From positions 234,300,001 through 234,364,000 of the forward strand of contig NC_086097.1 of assembly GCF_963921235.1 (NCBI RefSeq): DNA of 64,000 nucleotides, written 5' to 3'. The position numbers and the translations under genes were made by a program. This document shows, piece after piece, positions 38,890 through 51,426 of this stretch (the stretch's first letter is position 1; every line of letters begins with the position of its first letter). Origin of the DNA: Mobula hypostoma. Its lineage: Eukaryota. The notes below the pieces were generated by a model. The model was not told the DNA's origin, did no database searches, and worked only from the letters and a program-made list of their open reading frames with translations.

Positions 38890-40590
38890 ACATTTTGTCC
38901 CCCTTGATTCAGTCCCTTCAACGACACTTATATGCTCTCCACCACTCGAACAATTTTCAGTTCCCTGGCCCTGACCATCTCAATTTCACCATGGACATCC
39001 AGTCCTGGTACATTTCCATGCCCCGTCATGATGGCCTCAGGGCTCTTTGCTTCTTTCTGGATGTCAGATCCAAATATCTCCCCTTCACCACTCACCCTCC
39101 TCAGATCTGATACTCACCCTAACAGCTTCTCTTCGGCACTTTCTCCAGAGCAGTAGTCATGAGCGCTCACATGGGCCCCACCTATGCCTGTCTTTTCATT
39201 GGTTAAGTAGAACGGTCCATGTTCCAAGCCTACACTGTAATTCTCCCTTACTCTTTCTGTGCTACATCGATGCTGTTCTTTACATCCATGTTGAGTTTGT
39301 AAATTTTATCTGCTTCGCAACCAACTTTCATCCTGCCTTCTCATTCACTTGGACACTTCTCTCCCCTTTCTTGATCTCTCTGTTTCCATCTTGGGAGACA
39401 GATTATACATGAATATCTTCTGCACAGCCACTGGATCCCACAACTATATTGACTACATCTCTTCCCTCACTGTCTATCCTCCATCCTTACCTCATCTGTT
39501 CTCCACATGATGTTTTCCACTCCTCTGCAGGACATCCAGAATTACTTCTTTTAATTCAGAAAACGAGATTCCACCCCCCCCCCACACTATTATTGATGTA
39601 GTCCTCATCTCCATCTCTTTTATTTCTTGCATGACTGCCTTCACCCATCTCACTATCTCCCCCCGAGATATAACAAGAATTGGGTTCCCCTTGCCCTTAC
39701 CTGACACCCCATAAGCCTTTGAATCCAATATATAATTCCCTGTAAACTCAGCCATCTCCAATGGGGTCCCACCAACAGTCACACCTTCCCCTCCCTTTTC
39801 CTCTCTCCATAGGGATCACTCTCTTCATGACGTCTTTGTCCGCTTGTCCTTTCCCACTGATCCTCCCAGGAACTTATCCCTGCAACCATGCTAAGTGTTA
39901 CAACTCCCCCTACACCTTCTCCCTCACACCATTCAGGATGTCAAACAGCCCTTCCAGGTGAGGCAGCGCTTTGCCTGTGAATCTGTTGCTGTCATTTTTG
40001 TATTTGGTGCTCTTGATGTGACCTCCTCTTCCTTGGAGATAGCTGACGCAGATTGAGGGATTTCTTTATCAAGCACCTTCGCTCCGTCTGGCAAAACAGC
40101 CAGCACATCCCTTTGGCCATCTATTTCAATTCCAGTGCCCACTCTCACACTGACAGGTCCACTTTCTGCCTTCTCTATTGCCAAGCTGAGAATATACACC
40201 TCATATTTCAGCTTTGTAGTTTCCAAGCATTAGTGTGAGCATTGAATTCTCTAACTTCAAGTAACCTCTCCCTACTGCCCTGCCCCCACAACTCTTTTGA
40301 TGTCCCTTTTTCTACCGAGCATATCACCCCTTCTCTTTCCCTTCCGCACCCTCTCAACCTGATCATCAGCCACATATTCCTCAGTCTGTTTACCCTCCTC
40401 ACCTCTTCCTTCACTTGCATAATCCACTGCTCTCTCTTATCTACTATCTGTTGCAGGCCTTTGTAACTTCTACCTATCACCTCCCATCTCCTTACATTAG
40501 CCTCACTCTCTCCCTCTCCTACTTGCCTAGCTTCCCCCCCTCACCTGGATCCAACTATCACCCGCTATCAATCAGTCATCTTGAAACTTA
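38890..40590 (+). mobile_element. Penelope-like element relic (RT + GIY-YIG endonuclease)
   Basis: FTMDIQSWYISMP (D..SLYTSIP motif), MGPTYACLF, LCYID, PGTYPCNHAKC, QPFQVRQRFACES; heavily decayed. Confidence 0.85.
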
Positions 40591-40979
40591 CTACTGCGAC
40601 TATAGCATTACTTAATGTGTCACAAGCTTACTTCAATTCACAAACAATGTTATTGTGATAAATCTAGTTTTCACTTTCTAATCCTTTCTTGAATTTATTA
40701 CTTGAAACATGGAGCTTCTTATTTTAAATTCACACTGTTTATTCCTAATCCATCATATCTTCACAGACGTGTTAAAATATAGGACATATACATATTAAAA
40801 AGACAGTAATTTATTTTTTAGGCAGGACGCAAACTATATAGTTGTATTTGCTTGGAAACTGAACTTCACCTTTAGGTGCACTACAGATGAATTGCAAATA
40901 AAAAATCTGAAAATGTCAACCAATGGAGCAAACATAACGTAATAGCAACGCTTTTGCACACACTTTGTTGTGTAAGATT

Positions 40980-41262
40980 ATTTATTTATTTTTACTTAGC
41001 AATTCAATGCAGAACAGGCCCTTTCAGCCCAATGAGCCACACCACATAGCAACTCACCTATTTGACACTATAATAGTCAATTTACAATGACTAACTAACC
41101 TACTAACTGGTACATCTTTTTGGAATGTAGGAGGAAACCGGAGCACCTGGAGGAAACCCACGCACTCGCGAGAAGAATGTACAAACTTTCTTACAGTGGA
41201 TGCTGGAACTCTTGACGCCCCGAGCTGTGAGTGTCATGGAAATCACTCTGCTACCGTGGCAA
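40980..41262 (-). mobile_element. SINE (V-SINE-like)
   Basis: GGAGGAAACCGGAGCACCTGGAGGAAACCCACGC core. Confidence 0.8.
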
Positions 41263-41786
41263 CTCATTGGTAATATAATGGAGCTGCTAGCTTTTGTTGA
41301 GAGCTGTGAGTAGGGTACCCATTTCTGACCTCTGGAAGTGAGTCAGCAATGAAAGAATTCTCCCTATGGCAACAAAAATACAAAACAGCAATGAATATTT
41401 ATGGAGATAAAGGAAAATGAGAGCGAGGGGAAGCATTGCTGTCTGACGTATGTCTAGCTATTCCCCATGGATTGAATGGTCCAGTCTACTCCCATGTTAC
41501 AACGGCTCCACGCAGTTGTGACCTGATCAATGGTCAATATCATAGTTCACAGCTGATTCAAATGAAAAGTCTGTGATCAGTGAGGGGAGCATCTCCGATA
41601 CTTCCTACAGTGCTGACAATAAGACACCGAGGTTGGAAGATGTCTAATGCAAGGGAGCGTGGTGACAGTGTAGAACCTCTAATTTATACTTTCTGTCCGA
41701 ATCTTGGATGATATGATCCAGGTGTTTACCTATGAGTGACACGTAAAGATTTTAGGTACTTCCAAAGTTTAATGTCACTGCCACCA

Positions 41787-42480
41787 GTTTATTTATTCCT
41801 AGAAATACAGCCTTTCTAACCACTCGAGCTGCACCACCAGCATTCACCAATTTAACCCATGCCTCATCACAGGATGTCACAACCATGGATTCTGCAGCAC
41901 AGCGGATACGGCAACTGTGCTTGTGAATATGCCCATGTCAGCTAATTATTATTTCATTGTGGTAGTTTTTAACCCCATTCTTTCCATTGCAGTGCTTGTC
42001 GAGACTTGAACCCAGCATGGCAATGCTTCACTGCCTGCTTGCATTCAGCCTTGTCTGAGAAAATGAACTGTTGAGTCAACTGACTCTGAAGACTAGAGGT
42101 ATTTGTTTTATATTTAATTATTCCTTTCAGCCACAGTGTAGGCATCGCTTTCTATTTGAGAGTTTTAGCTAAGGGCCCTGTTTGGCCTAGTGTTTATTGT
42201 TTTCTTTTCCATCTAACTCTGTTCGTCTGTGAACTATCAACCCACTCCAGTATCTCTCGTTCCACACTTGGGCCGTATCCGAACCTGGTGACACAGGACT
42301 ACTTACAATGACCAATTAACCTACTAATTAGTATATCTTAGGATTGTGGGAGGAAACTGGAGCACCTGGAGAAACACATGCATCCTTGGGGAGGACATAC
42401 AAACTGCTTACAGATGATGTCGGAATTGAGCTTCGAACTCCGACAACCCAAGCTGTAATAGTGTTGCACTAACCCCTATG
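41787..42480 (-). mobile_element. SINE split by a solo LTR
   Basis: Same family as 1190-1462; the halves join at CAGGA. Confidence 0.75.
41875..42293. mobile_element. Solo LTR, 419 bp
   Basis: TGTCAC...GTGACA termini; 5-bp TSD CAGGA at 41870-74 and 42294-98. Confidence 0.88.
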
Positions 42481-43215
42481 CAGGTTTTCCCCGCCATCTG
42501 AAGGTACAGCGTTCCTATGAAACGGTTCGTAAGCCGAAATGTCGTAAAGCGAAGAAGCAATTACCATTTATTTATATGGGAAAATTTTGTGAGCGTTCGC
42601 AGACCCAAAAATAACCTACCAAATCATGTCAAATAACACATAAAACCTAAAATAACAGTAACATACAGTAAAAGCAGAAATGATATGATTAATACACAGC
42701 CTATATAAAGTAGAAATACTTTTCCACAATCATTGCCGGCACTGTTCGCCGAAGCGAAAATCTCATGCAACCGGTCTCGGTAGAAAATCTCACGCAAGCA
42801 CTCTCCGCAGAAACACAGCGCAAGCGCTCTCCAGTAAGCTTTAAGCTATGAAGCTGCCAAATCATACCAAATAACACGTAAAAATACACAACCGATATAA
42901 AGTAGAAATAATGCATGTACAGTGTAGTATCACTTACCGGAATCGGGACAGCGCCGAGCACACTGATGATGGTGTGTTAGACTGAGTCGCAGGTTGGGGT
43001 GGTGCAGTGGCCCCCACTCTCCAGGCCGCCGTGCGATACTTTGCCGCGAAGCATGCAGGAATGCAGCGGTAGCCGGGAGGCACACTTCACATATTTAAGA
43101 AAAAAGCTGAAATAAACATGCTAATTAATTAGGTGCCACCCGACACGTAATTGTTGGCTCAGATCAGTACCGATTGCTGATACATCACCTCTAATCTGGG
43201 CCAACATTTACATGT
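42481..43215. mobile_element. Tigger-family non-autonomous DNA transposon, one end only (MER6-like)
   Basis: Begins CAGGTTTTCCCCGCCATCTGAAGGTACAGCGTTCCTATGAAAC..CGTAAGCCGAAATGTCGTAAAGCGAAGAAGC, resembling the MER6 consensus as remembered; CpG-rich; internal duplication. Confidence 0.65.
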
Positions 43216-43221
43216 GGGGTG

Positions 43222-43402
43222 GCCCCCTCCCCCTCCCACTTTCAAATCTCTTACTAGCTCCTCCTTTCGTTAGTCCTGACGAAGGGTCTTGGCCCGAAAC
43301 ATTGTACCTCTTTCTGGAGATGCTGCCTGGCCTGCTGCATTCACCAGCAAATTTGATGTGTGTTGCTTGAATTTCCAGCATCTGCAGAATTCCTCGTGTT
43401 TA
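43222..43402 (+). mobile_element. Penelope terminal repeat with a hammerhead core
   Basis: AGTC-CTGACGA-AGGGTCTTGGCCC-GAAAC at 43272-43300. Confidence 0.82.
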
Positions 43403-44413
43403 CACCTGTGACTAGTGGTGTGCCTCAGGGATCTGTGCTGGGACCTTTGTTGTTTGTTGTCTATATCAATGATCTAGATGAAAATGTGGAAAATTGGATC
43501 AGCAAGTTTGCTGATGACACTAAGATTGGAGGCGTTGTGGACAGCAAGGAAGGCTTTCATAAAGTCCTTGTAGAGGGATCTGGACCAGCTGGAAAAGTGG
43601 GCTAGAAATTGGCAGATGGAATTTAATGCAGACAAGCGTGAGGTGTTGCATTTTGGAAGGACAAGTCAAGGTAGGACATACACAGTAAATGGTAAGGCAC
43701 TGAGGAGTGCGGAGGAACAAAGGTATCTGGGAGTTCAAATACATAATTCCCTGAAAGTGGCGTCACAGGTAGACAGGGTGGTAAAGAAGGCTTTTGGCAT
43801 CCTGGCATTCATAACTCATAGTATTGAGTATAGGAGTTGGGATGTTATGGAGAGGTTGTATAAGACATTGGTGAGGCCATATTTGGAATACTGTGTGCAG
43901 TTCTGGTCACCTAGCTATAGGAAGGATATCAGTAAGATTGAAAGTGTGCAGAGAAGATTTACTATGATGTTGTTGGGTCTTCAGGAGTTGTGTTCCAGGG
44001 AAAGATTGAACAGGTTAGGACTTTATTCTTTGGAGCGTAGAAGAATGAGGGGAGATTTGATAGAGGTTTACAAAATAATGAGGGGTATAAACAGAACAAA
44101 TGCGAGTAGGCTCTTTCCAGTTAGATTAGGAGAGATAAACACAAGAGGACATGGCTTCAAGGTGAAAGGGGAAAGACTTAGGGGGAACTTCTTCACTCAG
44201 AGAGTGGTGGGAGTGTGGAACGAGCTGCCATCTGACATGGTAAATGTGAGCTCACTCTTAAGTTTTGAGAACAAATTGGATAGATACATGGATGGGAGAG
44301 GTCTGGAGGGTTATGGACCAGATGCGGGTTAATGGGACTAGCGGAATAAAGTTTCGGCACAGACTAGAAGGGCCAAATGGCCTGTTTTCTGTGCTGTAGT
44401 GTTCTATGGCTCT
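43403..44413 (+). mobile_element. CR1 3' fragment
   Basis: [20 protein letters not shown] 43616-44332. Confidence 0.95.
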
Positions 44414-45739
44414 ATTTACATGTACACATGGGTGCAATGGAAAACTATTACTTTCAGCAGCATCTCAGGCACTTGGCAGCATTCACATAAAAAATCATTA
44501 ATTAAAATAAATTAAATACAATTTTTGAAAGAAAGAACACAATTGGAATTTGGATGCCACCAGTATTTGAAGCTCCTAATGGTAATAATTCAATATTTCA
44601 GATCAATTTTGCAGAAATTGTTTCAGTTTTTAATTGTCCTTTTTAACTTTGGCTAATCTGACCTGTGCCATAACAAGGATTGTCTTCAGTCAAAGACAGA
44701 GAGGATTATTATAATCCTTCTTGTTAATTGAGGAACAGTTGGATCAGATACAGTCCTTTCTTTGAAGCTACAAGATTTTACATCTTGTTTTTATCAACAA
44801 TTACATTTGTCCTTCAGTTCACTGCATTTTTGCTCTTTGTCATAAATTTAATACCAGAGATGTCAGCAGAATATCTATGACATATTGGTGAAGACCAGCT
44901 CTGTCACTGAATCTCCTGCATAGGTGAAATGGGAGAGCACAGTTCTGACTCACTTCTTAATGTAAATGCAAGGTCCTATGAGCAGAGATGTTTGACTTTA
45001 TGTTTTGTTTGATATTTATCCTTCAATCTGCACCCATGTATTAAAATAATACATGTATTATATGATTATTATTAAATTAATATCTTTTTCTGAGTTGTTA
45101 TATGAAAATTTGCTGCCCCATTTCCATGTTTACCCCAATGAATGCTCTTCAAAATTGACTTTGCTCTTTGTAAAGAGCTTTGGGATGCGCTGAAGTTGTC
45201 AAAAGTTCTATGTATGTAAATGTAATTCTTTCATTCAAGCCATTTCTTGTCTGGTAAATGAATCTGAAATTATTCCCTCCCCCTTACCCAATGATTCATG
45301 CAGACTGAATCATTAGGGAGAACGATTTGTATTATACAACACTCCAGAGACTTTAGGATGAATGACACACAAATGACACACAAGCAAGGTACTAATGAAG
45401 CACAACGTCTCGGAACTGAAGTGGGAGGCTGGAATATCACTGTCGAGGATGATGCACTCCAATCAACCAGCCATTTATTAACTCGAGTGTTGAATCACCA
45501 TCATCCAATATAGTTCCTGGTGAAATATTGAATATTGTCACTCAAAATCCTCTGTATTAATCAAATAAATGAATAAATACTTTGTGGAATAATCCTATGA
45601 TAACACTGTAATACACACAAAATGCTGCCTGGCCTGCTGAATTCCTCCAGCATTTTGTCTGTATTACTTTGATTTCCAGCACCTTCAGATTTTCTCCTAT
45701 TTCTGTGCTGTCCTGTCCTTGGGACATGAGCATAATGAT

Positions 45740-46022
45740 CAATGATTGGAATTCAATCCCTGTTGCTGTCTAGAAGGAGTCTGTATGGCCTCCCCGTGAC
45801 TGGGTGGGGTCCCTGAGGTTTCCTCTCACATTCCAAAGACATACAGCTAAGTAACGATTAGTAAGTTGTGGCCATGCTATGTTGACAATGGAAGCATGGC
45901 AACACGTGCAGGCTGTCCCCGGCACATCTGCAGACTGCTTTACCGTTGATGTAGACAACACATTTTACAGTACTTTTCGATGTTTCAGTGTGCATGTGAC
46001 AATTTAAAAGAAACCTAAGCTA
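45740..46022 (+). mobile_element. SINE fragment (family of 8742-9245)
   Basis: Shared AAGTTGTGGCCATGCTATGTTG and 3' end. Confidence 0.7.
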
Positions 46023-46180
46023 ATTCCTGGATCATCAGCTCTAAGACTGAACATCAACTGGAAAGTTGAGAATGCAGCAATCTCACATTTAACCCAGAAC
46101 TACAGCAATGTTTTTCATCCACATTAGCTTTGGCAGGAACCAGGTGATATAGAAGGTCTGATAGGGGTTGTTAATTCTTA

Positions 46181-46830
46181 TGTAAGGGAATTTCGTCTTT
46201 TATGTTACTGCGTAAGCTAATTAAAATGGCTTCTTTGTTATGAGAAAGTTCTTGCGCTAGCAGCTTGTTTTGGGTTAGAGTGTGATAAGAATATGTTATG
46301 AACCAATTGGGATAGTCGTTATGTTTTTGGTGTATCTGAAGATATTGTATGCGTGGGGTTTTGGGGCAGAAGGCGGGAGAGAGAGACAGAGGATGGACCA
46401 GGTGCTGTGATGTCTGCTAACGGGGTCGGACCCCGAGGAGGGCGTTCGGCGAGGAGAGGAGACGGAGACGGAATCGTGTGGAGCGTCTGGTCGACCACTG
46501 TTGTTGGTCCCAGGCGGCCGGTCGAGGTGGTCCGAGGGGTCGCAGGGGTCCTGAGCTCCAACTGTTTGTGCATGAAGAGATTGAACTTTGATAAGTGTGG
46601 CGCCTTTGATTTTCCTTTTATATTTTATTCTCTATTAATTATATAGTTCCAACAATATCTATAAACTGTAAATCATTTAATCGTGTCCGGTGTATTGTCT
46701 GTTATTTGGGCGGGGTGGGGTACATCACACAGCATCCACACAAACTAATTACCCAGTTTGGCGGAGCCGAGGGCTGTTTCCCTAGACGACAGCGAGCCGA
46801 GCGACCCTGATGCTGGCCAGGGGGGCTACA
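46181..46830 (+). mobile_element. Solo LTR, 650 bp, Gypsy-type
   Basis: TGT...ACA termini; 4-bp TSD CTTA at 46177-80 and 46831-34; layout similar to the LTR at 59393. Confidence 0.92.
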
Positions 46831-46911
46831 CTTATATGGCATAAAATTTACCTTTTTTTTGCTGTGACAGAAAGGAGTTTTGATGATGAGCAGAACCCAC
46901 ACATAACAAAG

Positions 46912-47125
46912 GTCACTGTCTCTAAGGAGTTTGTAAGTTCACCCCATGACCACGCGAGTTTCCTCCAGGTGCTCCAGTTTCCTCCCACAGTCCAAAGACA
47001 TACTGGTTGGTAGATTAACTATTAAACTTTCCTGTAATTAGGCTACGGTTCGATTAGGCGGGTGCTGGGCGGAGCAGTTCGAAGGGCTGGAAAGACCTAA
47101 TCCACACTGTATCTCAATAAAATAA
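46912..47125 (+). mobile_element. SINE 3' fragment
   Basis: CCAGGTGCTCCAGTTTCCTCCCACAGTCCAAAGAC core; A-rich tail. Confidence 0.8.
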
Positions 47126-47244
47126 AAAATAAAACTCAGAAGTAAATTATCTAGTGATATATCATTGTACAGATTGAAGTAAATATTTACACATTCTCTC
47201 TTTTTCATTGCAGAATATATAACCAAAAATGAGATTTACATTTT

Positions 47245-47508
47245 TAAAACTAGAGGAAAAAATATTTACAAAGACGAAAGTCTCGCTTCAAGTAAAAACT
47301 GGAATTTGATTGTAAACAAGGTGGGAGAGCAGAAACGTGATTGGATGAGGACTAACCAATCAGAAGGGATGGAAAACAGGGGTATAAATACCACTGGACT
47401 AGACATGCCCAGGAGTCACCCTTAATGAAGATGGCAGAGTTTGTCATCGAAACATCAGTTAAAATTGATACCTGTACACGGCCGGAAGACCGAGAGGAGT
47501 TTATTTGT
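47245..47508 (+). mobile_element. 3' end/pseudo-LTR of a second Penelope family
   Basis: C-terminal KLEEK/KDESLASSKNWNLI (N.DEG..LS..W motif); CCAAT and TATAAATA; hammerhead-like motif at 47421-47456. Confidence 0.75.
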
Positions 47509-49293
47509 CATATATGCTGGGACCTTCAGCTTATACTGGAGATTGAGGAGATAATCAATCACAGTTATAGGGAAGTAGTCACCCCTAAGTTGCAGGAGCT
47601 GAGTAGCCGGGTGAATGTCAGGAGAAATGGAAATGTGAATAGGCAGTTAGCGCAGAGTACCCCTGTGGCTAATCTTCTCAATAATAACTTGTGGGGAATC
47701 ACCTCCCAGGGGAAATGCCACAGAGACCAATTTACTGGCACTGAGCACGTGTCCGTAATGCAGAAGGAAAGAGGGAAAAAAGGGGAGGAGTAGTGATAAG
47801 GGACTCAATAGTCAGTTGAACAGACAGGAAATTCTGCAGACGAGAACGTGACACCCAGATGGTATTTTGCGTCCCAGGTGCCAGGGTCAGGGTCGTCTCA
47901 GATGCATCCATAGGATTTTTGAGAAGGAGGGGGAGCAGCCAGATGTCTTGGAAAATATTGGTACCAATGGCATAGGAAGGAAAAGCAAAGAGGTCCTGAA
48001 AAGAGAATTTAGAGAGCTAGGTAGGAAGCTGAGAAGCAGGACGTCCAAGGTAGTAAATTCTGGATTGCTGCCTGAGCCATGTGCCAGTGAGGGTAGAAAC
48101 AGGATGATATAGCAGATAAATGTGTGGCTGACAGTTTGGTACAGGGGGCAGGGCTTCAGGTTCATGGATCACTGGGATCTCTTCTGGGGGAGGTATGACC
48201 TTTTCAAAATTGATGGGGATGGGTTACACCTGAACCAGGTGGGGACCAATATTCTTGCGGGCAGGTTGGTTAGAGCTGTTGGGGAGGGTATAAATTAATT
48301 TGGCAGGGGTGTGGGAATCGGAGCGAAGGGACTCAGGATAGGACGGATGATAAAGAAGCAAAGACAACATGCAGTCAGACTGTCAGGAAGGGCAGGCAGA
48401 TGATAGGACAAAATTGCAGCCAGCAGGGGAAGTATCAGTGCATTAGGGATGCAGAATCCAAAAAGCTAGCAAATACAGTATTCAAAGTGTTATATCTCAA
48501 TGCACAGAGTATAAGAAATAAGGTGGAATATCTTGTTGCACTATTACAGATTGTCAGGTATGATGGTGTGGCCATCACTGAATCATGGCTGAAGGATGGT
48601 TGTAGTTGGGAGCTGAATGTCAAAGGTTATATATTATATTAGATGGATAGGAAGGTAGTCCAAGGAGTTGGCATGGCTCTGCTGGTAAAGAATGGCATCA
48701 AATCAGTACAAAGATGTGATATAGGATCGGAAGATGTTGAATCTTTGAGGTTAAGAAACTGCAAGGGTAAAAGGACCTTCATGGCTATAATATATAGGCC
48801 TCCCAACAGTAGCTGGGATGTGGACCACAGATTACAAAGGGAAATAGAAAAGGTGTGTCAAAAGGCAATGTTATGATAGTGTTGGGAGATTTTAACATGC
48901 ACGTCAATTGGGAAAATCAGGTTGGAAATGGATCTCAAGAGAGTGAGTTAGCTGAATGCTTATGATATGGCTTTTTAGAGCAGTTCATTGTTGGGCCTAC
49001 TACAGGATCAACTATACTGGATTGGTGTGATGTAATGAACCAGAGGTGATTATGGAACTTAAGGTAAAGAACCCATAGGGGGCAGTGATCACAATATGAT
49101 TGAGTTCCATTGAAATTTGATAGGGAGAAAATAAAGTCCCATGTAGCAGTATGTTAATGGAGTAAAGGAAATTACAGTGGTATGAGAGTGGAGTTGACCA
49201 AAGTAAATTGGAAGGAGATGCTTGCAGGGATGACAGCAGAGCAGCAATGGCTTCTGGGAAGAATGAGGAAAGTGCAGCACAGATGTACTCGCA

Positions 49294-49751
49294 TTACATC
49301 TGCCCTCGGCTCCGCCAAACTGGGTAATTAGTTTGTGTGGATGCTGTGTGATGTACCCCACCCCGCCCAAATAACAGACAATACACCGGACACGATTAAA
49401 TGATTTACAGTTTATAGATATTGTTGGAACTATATAATTAATAGAGAATAAAATATAAAAGGAAAATCAAAGGCGCCACACTTATCAAAGTTCAATCTCT
49501 TCATGCACAAACAGTTGGAGCTCAGGACCCCTGCGACCCCTCGGACCACCTCGACCGGCCGCCTGGGACCAACAACAGTGGTCGACCAGACGCTCCACAC
49601 GATTCCGTCTCCGTCTCCTCTCCTCGCCGAACGCCCTCCTCGGGGTCCGACCCCGTTAGCAGACATCACAGCACCTGGTCCATCCTCTGTCTCTCTCTCC
49701 CGCCTTCTGCCCCAAAACCCCACGCATACAATATCTTCAGATACACCAAAA
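49294..49751 (-). repeat. Inverted copy of solo-LTR segment 46323-46774
   Basis: 49302-49753 is the reverse complement of 46323-46774 (identical translations over the shared ORF); ACTCGCA duplication at 49287-93 and 49752-58. Confidence 0.95.
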
Positions 49752-51426
49752 ACTCGCAAACAAGGAAATACTCAAATGATAAAATAGTACAACTGTGGCT
49801 GGCAAGAGAAATCAAAGCTAATGTAAAAGCAAAAGAGAAGGCATACAACACACTAAAAATTAGTGGGAAGACAGGGGAATGGGAAGCTTTTAAAACCCTA
49901 CAGAAAGCAATTAAAAGGGTCATTAGGAGGGACAAGTTGAAATATGAAAGCAAGTTAGTGAACAATATCAAAGTGGTTAGTAAAGGATTTTTCAAGTATT
50001 TAAAAAAAAATAAAAGAGAGATGAGAGTGAATATAGCACTGCTAGAAAATAAGGCCAGAGAAATAACAGGGGACAAGCAGATGGCAGATGAACTAAATGA
50101 GCATTTTGCATCAGTCTTCACTGTGGAAGACACTAGCAGTGTGCCAGATGTTGTAGGGTATGAGGGAAGAGAAGTGAGTGCAGTAACTATGACAAGGGAG
50201 AAAGTTCTCAAAAGGTTGAAAGACTTAACTGTACATATGTCACCCAGGCCAGATGAACTGCACACTATGGTTCTGAAAGAGGTAGCATTAGAGATTGTAG
50301 AGGCATTAGTAATGATCTTTCAAAATTCATTGGACACTGGCATGGTGCCAGAGGACTGGAAAATTGCAAATGTCACTTTACTCTTTAAGAAAGAAGGAAG
50401 ACAGCAAAAAGGAAATTATAGAACCTGTTAGCCAGACCTCAGTGGATGAGAAGATGTTAGAGCCAATTGTTGAGGATGAGGTTATAGAGTACTTGATGAC
50501 ACAGGACAAGATAAGACATAGTCAGCATGGTTTCTTTAAGGGAAAATTTTGCCTGAAGAACATGTTGGGATTATTTGAGGAGATTACAAGTAGGATAGAT
50601 AAAGGTAATGCAGTAGATGTTGTATATTTGGACTTTCAGAAGGCCTTTCACAAGATGCCACACTTGAGTCTGCTTACCAAGTTAAGAGTTCATGGTATTA
50701 CAGGGAAGTTATTGGCATGGTTAGAGCACTAGATCATTGGCAGGAGACAGTGAGTGGCAATAAAAGGATCCTTTTCTGGTTGCTGTCAGTGACTAGTGGT
50801 GATCTGCAGGGGTTGGTGCTGGAACCACTTCTTTTTATGCTGTATTTCTATGATAAGATGGTAGAATAGATGACTTTGTTGCCAAGTTTTCTGATGATCC
50901 GAAATCTAGTGGAGGGCAGGTGGTGTTGAGGAAAGAGGTAGGCCATAGAAGGATTTGGACAGATTTTAGCTGAATGGACAAAAAAATGGCAAATGAAATG
51001 CAATGTGGGAAAATGCATGGTCATGCACTTTGGTAGAGGAAATAAATGTGTAGACTATTTTCTTAATAGTGAAAAATATCGAAAGATCTGAGATGCAAAG
51101 GGACTTGGAAGTCCTTATGTAGAAGAAATGCAAATACAATGTTAGTATTCATTTCAAGAAGTCTAGAATACAAGAGCAGGGATGTAAGAGGCTTTGTAAG
51201 GCTCTGGTGAGGCCTCACTTTAAGTATTGTGAACAGTTTTGGGCTCCTCATCTGAGAAAAGATTTGCTGGCATTGGGGAGGGTTCAGATGAGGTTCACAT
51301 AGAAACATAGAAAACCTACAGCATAAGACAGGTCCTTTGGCCCACAAAGCTGTGCCAAACATGCCCTTTCCTTAGAACTACCTAGGCTTACCCATAGCCC
51401 TCGATTTTTCTAAGCTCCATGTACCT

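Noticed and set aside
46353..46646. Duplicated 97-109 aa ORF (also 49430-49759)
   Set aside because: Incidental frame within a GC-rich LTR; no recognisable domain.
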